Assembly: GCF_001194135.2 (NCBI RefSeq)
Contig: NC_068986.1
Location: 45,979,507-46,043,506 of the forward strand
From: Octopus bimaculoides
Lineage: Eukaryota
DNA length: 64,000 nt
Direction of reading: 5' to 3'
Shown: positions 13,402 through 25,536 of the stretch, piece by piece
Numbering within the stretch: the first letter of the stretch is position 1
Layout: each line of letters opens with the position of its first letter
The notes under the pieces: generated by a model
The model's input: only the letters and a program-made list of their open reading frames with translations
Database searches by the model: none
Told to the model about the DNA's origin: nothing
Made by a program: the position numbers and the translations under genes

Positions 13402-13607
13402 TATATATTATTTCTTTTTTTGAGAAGTTAAATGTTACGGCCAATCTTTGAGTGATCATTGCTTTTGCACTTATAAAGTGCTTAAGCAGTATAGGCAACT
13501 TGTCAAACTCAAAATTGCCTGTACTGTTAAGTGCTTTATAGGTGTGAAACCAATGGTCACTCTATGACAGACCATAACATTTAACTCCCAAAAAATAAAA
13601 TATATAT
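13402..13607. repeat. long imperfect palindrome (fold-back element)
   Basis: Arms 13402-13498 and 13515-13607 with a 16-nt loop. By hand, the 78-nt core aligns with 15 mismatches and 2 gaps (about 78%). Confidence 0.85.
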
Positions 13608-13699
13608 TACTCCTCTAATGCTCTAGAGTGTGCTTCTACTTCTTTTCTGGATATATGAACTACTGACGATGTGTGTATGTGTGTGTATGTGTGTGTGCG

Positions 13700-13960
13700 T
13701 GTGTGCGTGTGCGTGCGTGTATGTTTGTTTGTGTCTATCTTTATCTGGACATCACATAATGGTTGTAAATGAGCATCTTAATCATCCTAGTGAGATCGTT
13801 CATTTCTTGCCTTCCTTGGAAAACATGTTTAGGTGTGGGGAAAATGTTACCTTGCTTGTAAACAGGCAAGGGTTGGTAAAAAGAAGGGTATCCAGCAAAG
13901 AAGAACCTGCTTCAGCGAATCTCATCTGATCCATGCAAACACGAAAAAGGGAATGTTAAA
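13700..13960 (+). mobile_element. SINE/LINE 3' portion with RTE-type end
   Basis: GGGTTGGTAAAAAGAAGGGTATCCAGC...ATCCATGCAAACACGAAAAAGGGAATGTTAAA resembles the RTE-type ends elsewhere in the window. Confidence 0.55.
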
Positions 13961-13976
13961 TAGTTATATATATAAT

Positions 13977-14048
<72 letters not shown>

Positions 14049-14734
14049 ACACATTACTCATTACATACAATAAAAAAAATTCCTCTTGAAGATGCACAAC
14101 CATGAGTCAAATATTCATGTTTTGTTTCATAACTTTTATTTGTTTTATTTAAAGCAAAATCGAGAATATTTAGAACGTAGTTATTTCATGAATTTTTAAA
14201 AATGCATTTTCTCAAATGTTGGAAATATATAATAACAATCTGCCATGATGACTATGTGATGTATCCATAAACATGAGGCAAATACTCAGGTCAATTTATA
14301 GACTAAAATCCTTCAAAGCAATACCCTGGTATGGCTTTGGTCCAATGACTGAAGCCAATAAAGGAACATAGAAATTTTGCTCTGAATATTTCAATATTTT
14401 TTCACATCTCTTTAAATCACGCATATATGTATGTATTTGTGTATGCATGAATATCTAATAGATGCATTTTCATGACTTTACATTTAAAAATTCTAGAGTG
14501 TAATTTGCAGGGAAATGTGTAGATTTTGTTGGTTATGTATTCATAGTTCAATAACTAAACCATTAAATCCTTATCATGGCTTAATGACAGTATCTGACTC
14601 CAATTCATATCCACTGAGAATCACCAACATCTACTTGGATTAACATCCATTTGAATAGTGGTATAAAACCAGGCTATGAACTTAATGGTATAGTCACTGT
14701 TGTTGTTGTTGTTGTTGTTGTGTGTGTGCATGTA

Positions 14735-14776
<42 letters not shown>

Positions 14777-15548
14777 TGCATACACTCATACACACACTTA
14801 TATAATAGTATCATTTTTGCATTATCTATATCATTTTGTGTTTATCTTGTTGTATTAATAGAATTGCAAATGTTATTTTATATTTGAGGTATTATATTGA
14901 CTCTATTTCAGATAGAATAAGCATAATGTAATTGCTATTTCAGAAAACTACATCTTTCACAATGATGGCTTCCTAGTGCACTTGATTATATCAACTAAAT
15001 ATTGTTTTAGTTTTCAATTTCACTATTACATGTAAAATATATTTTGACAGAAAATTTGGCATATTACTAGTTAGATAAGGACACTTAATGCAATTATATT
15101 TATTCATTTTACTGGAAGTAATATCTTTTATATTATGATTATGGGAATAAGAGGGCAAATAAGTGATTCCAAATGTGAATGGGAACAGTGTTAATGTTCA
15201 AACTTATGTTGCTACTACCATTAGGAAAGAATCTTGAATATCAAGACTTCCCATATGTTTAAGAAACTGAAGGCAAGGTTTGAACTCACTGCCATATGAA
15301 CAAATTTATAGTACTTCTGGAATTTGTATACATATACACATAGATGCTAACATCACTATGTGGTGAAGAAGCATATTTTGCAACCACATAGCTTTGTCTT
15401 CAGTCCCAATACATGGCACCTACTGTAGCTCTGAGCCAACCAAACCAATGCCTAGTAAGTGAATTTGGTGTTCAGAAACTGTGTGGAAGTTCATTATATA
15501 TATATATATATAGATATATCAAATTAAAATAAGCAACAGGGTACCAAG

Positions 15549-15641
15549 AAGTGATGCAGTACGACCGTTTCAAGTAGCTCCATTCAATTGAACAATGCAA
15601 TCATTACATCAATCTAAATGCAGGGCTATCATCAGCTGCAC
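15549..15641 (-). ncRNA. mirror-image type I hammerhead ribozyme motif (candidate)
   Basis: The reverse complement of the left arm has the identical core: GUGCAG-CUGAUGA-UAGC...GCUA-CUU-GAAAC-GGUC-GUA-CUGCAU. Confidence 0.62.
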
Positions 15642-15649
15642 AAGTAAAT

Positions 15650-15744
15650 AAGTGCAGCTGATGATAGCCTTGCATTTAAATTGATGCAATGATTGCATTG
15701 TTCAATTGAATGGAGCTACTTGAAACGGTCGTACTGCATCACTT
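15650..15744 (+). ncRNA. type I hammerhead ribozyme motif (candidate)
   Basis: Stem I GUGCAG (15652-57) pairs with CUGCAU (15734-39). CUGAUGA at 15658-64. Stem II closes with UAGC/GCUA. GAAAC at 15722-26, loop GGUC, cleavage triplet GUA at 15731-33. Atypical: a 3-nt CUU insert before GAAA and a U-A closing pair. Confidence 0.65.
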
Positions 15745-18129
15745 CTTTATATTCTGTTGCTTATTTTGATTTTATTCACCTTACTTCGAGCTGTGTGGAT
15801 AATACCAGACTGACTTGGTGCTTCAACTTAAGTACCTAATTCAAATGAGTCTCAATTATTATATATATATATATATATATATATGTTTGTATGTACCTTT
15901 GTGTTTGTTAACCCCCCACCCTTCACCATTTGACAACTGGTATTGGTTTGTTTACATCCCTGTAATTTGGTAGTTTGGCAAAGAGATCAAAAGAATAAGT
16001 ACCAGACTTGAAAAAATAAGTACAGAGGTTGATTTGTTTGAATACCTTGTAGGGATATATGAGGCCATTAAAAGATCTATTTTAAGAAAAGGCCTTAAAA
16101 CATGTCAGTAATTCCAGAAAACTAGCTTACAAAAACATATTTATTTTCCTTACTAATCTGCAAAATGAATTGGAATATTTATATATTTTCCTTATCTGCA
16201 AAACAAATCAATTCACACTAAATAAATGTTACAGAAAGATGCCATCTATGATAGATACTAGATTCCACAACCTCAGAATTAAGCTCATTGTTTTCAATCA
16301 AGAGATAAATATCACTGAATCACAAGAGGAAAACAATTTATATTGACAAAGATCTAATATTACATAACTGACAGTAAAGAAAAAAACAATATTGTTGATT
16401 TGTATAGACCATTTATTGAAATAGGAAGGGACACTCTATAAGTCAAAATGCTGTTTATATAATAGATTGGGAAATATTCTAGATATGAATTTTAACAAAA
16501 TGTTTTAGTAAAGCAATGACTACCAAGAATTCAACTTTGATAAAGTATATCTAAAAAGTGCATGACAAGCAATATAGCAATTTACACCTTTAGCCAACAA
16601 TATATTGTCTGCTAGAGCTAAGGTTATTGGGACTATGCCAACCAATGAATTGACATATCTAGACTAACCATTTGAAAATATTGAGAAGGTAACCACAAGA
16701 AATCTGATGACAGACCAATCATAAATGTTTAAGTTCTTTAAGCAGAGTATTACTGGTTTGTTACTCAAAGCCACAAATAGAGATGTTACCTACTTATCTG
16801 GTTAATTCTAGTGGAAGGATGGAACTAAAAAAAAGAATGAAAGCAAATGCATGGAAAAACCATTATAAGCTGTTTAACTAACATCAGTTTCAAATTGTAC
16901 ACGAATTTTCATAAACATTGTAGCCATAAGCAAATAATTGCAGATGAGCAAGTGAAAAAAAAGGAACAAGAGAAAAACAAAAAACATCACTTTTTATCTG
17001 CCATGAATAACCTTAAATAAATTCTTTTCTGATGTGAAACAATAACAACAGAACCTTAAACACAACCTAGTTGATATATATATGTATATATATATATATA
17101 TAAAACAATTTGGATTATGTTCAACACTGTCTTGCAAAAAGAACCAATGAAAAAAACAACAAAATTCTTGTTGGCTGTTACCATGAATACAGAAACTGCA
17201 ATAAAATTTAAACAATATACATGTTAACATGTGACAATAGACATTCTAGAAAATCTACAAATTAAAGAAAACTTCAATATATCTTCCACTCTGTTCTGGT
17301 CAACATAAGTTATAAATATCGTAGAATAGAAAATAATAGTGTGACAGCAGTAATGCAAACAAATCTCAATGAAGCAGAGAATATTACACCAGTTTGAAAA
17401 AAAAATAGCAATTTGAACTTTTATTATACAAAAAAAAAATAAATAAAACTGATATCTCATAATGTACTGCAGTATCAGTATTAGTGTGAACATTTAGATA
17501 TTTTATTTATCAGTTGAGAAGATCTCTTCCATTGACAGAACAAAGAAAATCTTAACAATTGCTGGCAGTCTCCACAGCAACAGTGACATGATAAATTTTA
17601 TCTGAAAAGGAAACATGGTGCGTAAAGTATCTGATCAGGTTACTAAGTTTGTGTTTTGTTGCATATTATGACTATTCTTAGGAATACTGGAATATATTTT
17701 AGATTCATTAACATTAATAACAATTTAGTTTATATGAAACTTCCATTAATTTTCTTTAATTATAGTAGCATTTGCTGTAATATTTACAATTTCATCAATC
17801 ACTAACTTCTATGAATCTTTCATTCAGTAAGCACCACTACAGAATTTGTACATCTTAATTAAATACAACTTTCCAAGTGTATATCTACTTGGCCAGTATC
17901 AAAAATCATAGAAGTATGAATCCCTATGTCACATATGTGAGGCAGATGCTTCTGATCTCAGTTCCATTGATTTTAAGATGGTGGAAGCAATTTTTATCAG
18001 CAATCTAATTTAATACTTTATCTCACCTTCTCCTCTCTCTTTCATCTGTGAACTTAAACCACCAAAATATATATCTATAGGTGATATACCTCCTTATATA
18101 TATGACACACAAGACTTATTCAATAAAAA

Positions 18130-18460
18130 TACAGCCTTTGACAAAGCACAACAGGAAAATCTCTTAGCAAAATTTCTTTCTCCTGGCTTATACTAAGAAT
18201 TAATCTACTGATCGAAACCTTCATTTTTTATATATTCTGCTAATCAATCCACTCAACAATAAGCTCCTTGACCCTTAATCTCCTCAATAATATGGTAATA
18301 TACATCAACCCCATTGCTTCCATTTCTCTTTTATCCAACATTCTGTGTATTGATAACATTAGCTTCTATTATCAGACATCTACTTCATCTAGCTATAAGA
18401 ATCTTCACTACTTTCTCAATAAACTGATAATGTTTAATGACACCACAAGTCAAATACTTT
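18130..18460 (+). mobile_element. highly decayed L2/CR1-type LINE reverse-transcriptase relic
   Basis: GCCTTTGACAAAGCACAACAGGAAAATCTCTTAGCAAAA translates AFDKAQQENLLAK (compare AFDKVxHxxLLxK). Downstream SNILCIDNI lies at the expected position of the YADD region. Many stops and indels. Confidence 0.45.
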
Positions 18461-21400
18461 ATTTCAAATGAATAAAATTGTATCAGTTACAAACATTTCA
18501 GAAGAAGCTCATAACTTCTCAGGTTTCTCTCTATATATATGCTTGGACCTACAACTTTCAGTATCTCATCTTGAAAAATTCTTTTTGTCTTGATATCACT
18601 TTATAAAGTGCCCAATAAAAAGATTTGCTTCCATCTAAAACAGAAATGTCAATATCAGAAATGCTATCTGATAAACTTTTTCTCTTGTTGTCTCTGTGTG
18701 TGGCACAAAAATATTTCTTCTAACATCTTAACTCTTTATCAAGTCCTTAAATCAATACAACAAGGCATCTTTTACATGCAATGTTATTACAGACAAGAAG
18801 CTATTTTTGTAGCTTTCTGCTACAATTCATTTATCTTCAGAGTAGGTTAATCATGTTAAAATCTATCAGTGTTTTCTCATATGGTTTTAACAATGATGTT
18901 ATATCAGTTATAGTTAGCCATAATGCTGGAAGTCTTCTTATTGACAAAAACAATGGCAAGTGTTAGAATTACAAGGAGCATGGCAACTTAATAATTAAGT
19001 AAATACTGTCTAGACTAGAACTTAATCATTGATATAAAAATTTACTAAAAATGACAGATGACAGAAGAGCAAGACAGAACAATTATAAGTCATCCAGCAA
19101 GTAAGAAAGTATGGGAGAACAAACACAAATTCCTTGCTGTTTTAGTCAAAAGATGAATTATCTCAGACTAAAGGGTATTGATGAGAATCAAAATTTTACT
19201 TAAAGTACAATTATTGACCTTTATACATTACAGAAATAATTATACTAAGATGACAGTGGTGAGCAAAGATAACCTTCTCAGCTACCTGAAATTTATGAAT
19301 GGACAGTGTTACGTCCCTAATAGAAGAGCAGCAGAATTTTGATATTTTAAATAAGAATTCTCTTCCTGCACAAAACAGTGTTTGGTCATATCTTCCTTAA
19401 AATAAAACCAGCAGAAATAAAGGACATATGAAGAAAAGGGATGTATAACACTTGAGTGTTAAGATATACAGGAGTAAAACAAAACACCAGTTTTTCAATT
19501 CCAACAAGAGGAATAGAAATGAATATATTTGAGTTAACAGATGTGTGACAACAGGAAGCTATCAAAATATATTACAATAATGTAAGCTTTACTACTCATA
19601 AACAAAATACACATCAGTACGTAGTGTAGACTCTTAACCTTATTTGGAAAACGTTTCCTATCTGTATCTCATTCTGCCAAGATATCAAGAAATAAATGTA
19701 GAATCATGATTGGGAGACACACTATGTGACATGTAAACCAAACTTGGTGGATTCAATGATGGATATATATTATCTATATACATTTTAAAGACAATCGAAC
19801 GTATAACATATGGTAAAATATCCATTAATTTTTGTTAAAGTATAACTAACAAATGACAGTTTTATGTAAATCAATACTGGAGGAAGCAGTTAGAATTAAT
19901 GTGAGTTTATGTCATTTATTTAAAGGCGAATTTAGTCCCTTAAAAAAGAGAAAAACTATTGCTTCTCATAAGTCACACATTATCACCTACTATTTGCATG
20001 CACTAATGCATGCACAACTCAGAAATGATGTTTCACAAGCATTGCAAATCATGCGGTGGGCAAAACAGTAATAACCTATAAGCATTCAGTACTTTTGATT
20101 TTTTTAAAGTATTAATAGAGAAAATCGAAAAGAAAAAAACACAGAAACAATCACCAGAAGAGCTACCCTAAATCAGAAGTTGGAAAGAGGAATTGATGTG
20201 AATTCATATGGATATTGGAACTCAAAGCTACATATCTTTTTAAGAATATATCAAAATTTCAATCAGTTTTTTTACCAAAATATAAAGTAGATTTGCAATA
20301 AATGATAAATATTTGCAACTTTTCCAGAAAATAAAGCATAAATTCTTAGTGAAGTATAGTTTACTAACAACGTCACTTATTAATACCTACTTTATAAATG
20401 CATATAAGATAAGAAAAAAGTGATATTCCTCAAAGTTTTTTCCGTTTTTTTTTACAGTTTGATATTCAAGTAGATACATGACATGACTTAAAGATGTCAT
20501 ATTTAAGAAAGGTCGATCTTATTTTGGCCTCAGTATAATGAAATAGATATAATAGATATTGCATAAAAGCCTAAACATTAAAAAAAACTAAACACGTTAG
20601 AAATATTTATGCTCTTCCATTTTTTAATTGATAGTAGATATAGAAAGGTATAATAAAATCAAGTCTTGTAGAGGGAATAAATATGAATAAAACGTCAGCC
20701 AGAAAACATTTATTATCATGTGTGTATGTGTGTGTGTGTGTGTGTGTGTGCATGTGCACACACATGTGTATGTGTGTATGTATGAGTGTGTGTGGTAAGC
20801 CAATGGAATAGTCTGAAAGGATGGCAAAAAACCCCAAATTGCATCACAATTTTATTATTACAAGTTAGAAGGTTTCTAATGTAGGATGCAACATTCAGTA
20901 ACACTTCTAGTAGCAATCTTGTGAAATTGGCATCATATACATTTTTTTGTCACCCAACAAGCCATGGACCACAAGATGACTGCTCCATGATAGGTTTCTT
21001 TTGGGATCCTTATTGGTGGAAACTTCCTGTATCTTGGGGCACTAAAACCACTTTCATACTTAGTGTGAGTTAAGATAATCAACTGAATGATGTACCTCAC
21101 AAGGATATAATGGCTCTTTCAGCATATCTCCCTTTGGTTCAGTAAAGGCTTTCACTATTTTGTCTCCCCAGGTAGCTATGTACTTGCCTAAGTCAATTGT
21201 GATATAATAAAGTATCTACTTAAAGTAACCGTCAAGAAAATTAATCAAGTTATTTAAATGACATCATATTTTCTAAAAACCATCACACAACATTTTAACG
21301 TGTTTCCTGACTCAAATACAGTGATTACATATATGACATGAAAATAGGCTTAAGAAAGTTCATAAATTAGAAAATACTCTGTGATATTAATCTCCTAGCA

Positions 21401-22914
21401 AAGCAGGAATGATTTAATTTGGGTAACTTTGCATCATACCTTAAACTTTTCATACCTATAATTAAGTAGTTTTACATTTTATGGAAGCTCTATAGGCTAC
21501 TAATATATATTTTTTTTTTTAGGGAAGAATTGGAATTGCAGTGAAATATATAGTCTTTAGAGAGTAAATAAAAGTAAGTATTATCAACCAGAAAACAGAT
21601 TTGAAATGTATTAATTTCAGTAAGACCAGCACAGAAAAGTAATTCCTTAGTAGAAATCAATGTTGTGGGATATGCTGTCCTGAGATTTAGAGTGTAAATA
21701 CTGTGGTCTCAATTTGGAAGACAAAGTGGATTGTTAAAGGTACATTTAGTTTCTATATTATGAAAGGTACAGATAGGGACTATGTAGAAGTTGCTTTGAT
21801 AGCGCTTGAAAGTTTAGCTGGTATGATAGCTAGAAATAAGTTAACTTCTTTTCTAACAACATAATAAATTAAAACATAATTAACTAAGAAGTCATTAAAA
21901 ATTATACTTTTCTTGAATATATTACTTAAAAACGTTTTTAGCAAGAGACTCATTTAAAACTAAGGAATTTATCAAAAATTAGCTAAAGATAAATTTTATA
22001 TACAATAAATTATGGTTAAAGTGGTATATTGTATGTAATGAAATAATGCAAATTTATAATGGTAAAAATGTTCAAGGCTTTCTGTTACAGACATTAATTT
22101 AAACTTTAAATATATGTGATATAACAGTAATTAAGGCTTCAAAATATTGTTGCTAAATTACTTCTATAACTATAAAAAAAATATATAACGTAAATAAATT
22201 ATTATTTAATGCAATTGATTGTATGTTAATACATTATGGATAAGTCATTGCACGTTCATCTATATGCACTTTCAATAAATGATATAAGGAAATTATATAA
22301 TTGAAATATATTTACCAATATATAATATTTCATAAATAAGTTGTATTATAATTAATATATGAGTTTGTTTCATGATTAAATTAATTGAAATTTGTATTTT
22401 CTCGCTGAGTTTCTATATCCTTTAATAAGAGGTATACTTTATTTTCTGACAAAATATATTTGTCATTCAAATATTTAAGTAGATAAATTATATAACTTTT
22501 AATTATTTTCAGCAATGTTAAAAATATAAAATACTGTTAAATAAACAGAAATGAAAATTAAGAGAAAACTCAAAACAAAGTTAGACTATATGATTTTATA
22601 TAAATCAATTCATATATTAATTAATTTGGTGCAGGATATGTATTTTCAGGTCTCCCTTGATTAAGATAACTGGGTTATGATAAATGGCTAATCGCTCAAC
22701 TGGAAAGGTTACAGAGAAAATGTTGGCAGGGAGGGGTAAGAAAGCTTGGGCAAAACCATTTTTGTGGTAAGTTGATTGTCCTAAACTAAACATTAATGTC
22801 ATAGGCTATTACAGATTGTCTCAGAGTGGTGTAGTTGATACAGTTGAGTGAGACATAGTAGTGATGAGAGGAGGAGAGATGCATCTATTCTATTAAAAGG
22901 GTTTGTTGTTAGTG

Positions 22915-23115
22915 TTTAACTCAGGTCAGCTCTGCCTAAGTGGAACCTATGATCAAAGGCATTCTAGCCATAACCACTCCGTTGCTTTTTTTCATGGATA
23001 GTTTGCTCTGGACTACAATATCCAATCTGTTCTTTCAATTGTAAAGTGTTATGGTGTAGTTTGAGGGAACATTGGCTGCTATGTTGAGTGGCCATGTACA
23101 TAATCCCTCCTTAGC
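22915..23115 (+). repeat. interspersed repeat family E (unclassified)
   Basis: CCTATGATCAAAGGCATTCTAGCCATAACC...TTTGAGGGAACATTGGCTGCTAT. Related copies at about 6880-6970, 8560-8680, 40650-40800, 40890-41180, 47700-47890, 49320-49510, 49590-49740, 53210-53380 and 57650-57800 (-). Confidence 0.65.
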
Positions 23116-24168
23116 TCCTAACAGATAAAAATGGTTTAAATAGGTAAATATACCATCAGCAACTTCAGGAGTGAAAACTGTTTAAGTATAGTAAAAGATA
23201 CAAAGGAAATGCATCACTCAGCTTTAAACCAAAGTTTAAAGGATTTTATCAAGTGACTGCTTTCCTATCAAGTAGGTGGCAATTGTTTTGGAAGTTGAAT
23301 AATGGTGAGAAAGCACAAAACAAAATTTCTAGGTATTTCTATAACAATGGGATAAATTTAAAGCCCTAAATATACTTGACAATAAATTAATTAAATCATA
23401 GCAAGTGAATAAGTTGCTGGGTTTTTATTATAGAGACTAAAGAAGCAAGTCTAGTTTGCACGAGAGGCAGGAATAGTGAAGTTGTACAACATCAAGGAAT
23501 AGAGAAGATATAGTAATGTAAAAATACTACAACGATACTTTTTTGATTCTTGAATTTGTAAATTTTGAATGAAACTATTTCTTGGAAGGGTAAGCTTACA
23601 TTTATAAAGCAATAACCATATGTGTAACTGAGACTTATCTGAAGAAAATGGATGTGAAGTGGAGAATGGTGTGTATATGCTGGAGTCTATATGTGAGAAG
23701 AAGGGTATCAGAATATGGGTTGTTAATCCTGACAAAGTAGAAGGGAATATTTATATTATTTAATTATGGGTTGGAAAGAGCTTTGCTGACAAACAAAGTT
23801 ATTTGATAACCAAATTCACTTAAGAAATTATTTTCTGTTAGACAAAATCATTGATGGCTATTTCCATTTTAACTATTTTATGTTGTTATTTTACAGTATT
23901 CCTAAACATAAATTTATAAAACACACGCACACACACACATCTTTTATCTTCTATCCTTTATTTGTTTCAGTCATTAGACTGCAGCCATACTGGAACATTA
24001 TACCTTTGAATTTGTTTAGTTGAATGAATCAACCCCAGTACTTTTTTTTAAAAACCTGATACTGATTCCATCATTCTCTTTTGCTGAACGACTAGGTTAT
24101 GATGACATAACACACCAACACTGGTTGTCAAGCAGTAATGGCAGACAAACACAGACACAAAGACACTT

Positions 24169-24169
<1 letters not shown>

Positions 24170-24250
<81 letters not shown>

Positions 24251-24257
24251 ACACACA
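24170..24257. repeat. (CA)n microsatellite
   Basis: Near-perfect CA run of about 88 bp. Confidence 0.97.
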
Positions 24258-24264
24258 TATATAT

Positions 24265-25239
24265 AGTGCGATGGTTAAATATGTATTTCATACTTTTAAT
24301 TTGGCACAGGCGCATTGCTTGTTTTTGATTTTGTTGACTACACAATTTGGTAGGGTCAGTTGGGCACCATCTCTGAGAAAAGCAGCACTATGATGCAGTT
24401 TACTCTGCCAGAAATTTGGAAATGACATGCTGTGCAGCTTGGCATTCATGCCAGAAGCTCCAATATGAACATTTCAGAATGTTTGGGTGTCAATCTGAGG
24501 ACAGTGTAGAGGATTTGGAAAGAGTTGGATAAATCTAATGATTATGAAGGTATGAGAGCTTAGAAAACCCATTTGATTGTTCTGATGAATAAAGTACTTA
24601 CTTCTGAATTTGTTGGTGAGATTCAGGCCATGATTGACATCCAGTCAACATCATGGTGTTTGGAGTGATCACTAGTGACGGTGATGTTATGCCTCCATTC
24701 ATCCTCCCACATGGCCTCAGACTCCAACATGGAAGTCTACATTAAGTGTCTGGAGGAGGTAGAGCTGCCCTGGGTGAAGAAGGTGGCTGCTGGAAGACTC
24801 TATGTCTGGCAACAAAACTCTGCACCATGCCACACAAGTAGGAGAACCCAGTCATGGCTGTCAGACAATTTCTGTGACTACATCACCCCTAACATTTGAC
24901 CACCAAACTCCCCAGATTGCAATCCCCTTGATTATTATTTGTGGGCTGCAACTGAGCAAAAGATGATCAAAACTCTTTGTAACACCAAAGATAAACTGAA
25001 GACAAGGATTATAGCAGCATTCACCAACTTAAACAAGGAGACCATCCAGAAGAGTTGCAGGAGATTCTGAAGTCATCTGAAAGCCGTAGTTGAAGCAAAT
25101 GGCGATTTTATTGAATAAATATACTCTTTAGTATTTCAAGATTTTTATGTAATTATGGTAAATATATCTGTTAAAATGAGATGTCAGTGTAATTTTCATA
25201 TTTACATAATTTAGATGACAATTTATTCATCACACCCTG
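24265..25239 (+). mobile_element. DD37D/maT-family Tc1/mariner transposon, internally deleted
   Basis: The right end reverse-complements to CAGGGTGTGATGAATAAATTG and is followed by TA (25240-41). The left end GTGCGATGGTTAAATATG is a degraded match. Transposase remnants inside. Confidence 0.85.
24390..25118 (+). pseudogene. maT (DD37D) transposase pseudogene
   Basis: N-terminus MMQFTLPEIWK*HAV; C-terminus YVWQQNSAPCH...I*PPNSPDCNPLDYYLW...EANGDFIE*. There are 37 residues between the second catalytic position (here N) and the D of NPLD. The central third, including the first Asp, is missing at about 24638. Confidence 0.88.
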
Positions 25240-25242
25240 TAT

Positions 25243-25301
<59 letters not shown>

Positions 25302-25494
25302 TATATATATATATGTGTATGTGTGTATATGTATATATATGATGGGCTTCTTTCAGTTTCCATCTACCAGATCCACTCACAAGTCTTTGGTCTACCTGAG
25401 GCTATAGCATAAGATATAAGGTGACACACAGTGGGATTGAACCTGGAACCATGTGGCTGAGAAGCAAGCTTCTTACCACACACCCACATCTGCA

Positions 25495-25536
<42 letters not shown>

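Larger units (their letters stand above)
15521..15858. mobile_element. palindromic element: two head-to-head 121-bp arms plus an 85-bp one-sided tail; probable Penelope-like pLTR derivative
   Basis: Arms 15521-15641 and 15652-15772 with a 10-nt loop; 8 mismatches in 121 and a 60-bp perfect core; (TA)n on both sides; a hammerhead motif in each arm. Penelope origin is inferred. Confidence 0.75.
15355..16040 (+). mobile_element. family B SINE split at its internal (TA)n by the palindromic insertion 15521-15858
   Basis: 5' half 15355-15495 and 3' half 15885-16040 (CCATTTGACAACTGG...AGAATAAGTACCAGAC) flank the insert. Confidence 0.75.
23940..25497 (-). mobile_element. family B SINE split by a maT transposon inserted into its internal microsatellite
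   Basis: 3' half 23940-24165 (CAGTCATTAGACTGCAGCCATACTGGAACA...CACCAACACTGGTTGTCAAGC) and 5' half 25320-25497 (GGGCTTCTTTCAGTTTCCATCTACC...AGCAAGCTTCTTACCACAC) are colinear in the same orientation. Confidence 0.75.

Noticed and set aside
13474-13495. TAAAGTGCTTAAGCAG resembles vertebrate miR-17/20 family 5' ends
   Set aside because: That family is not expected in molluscs, the 3' part does not match, and it lies in a decayed fold-back repeat.
21523-21573. Segment with a strong acceptor and GTAAGT donor
   Set aside because: Stops in all three frames; it could be a non-coding exon, but nothing else supports it.
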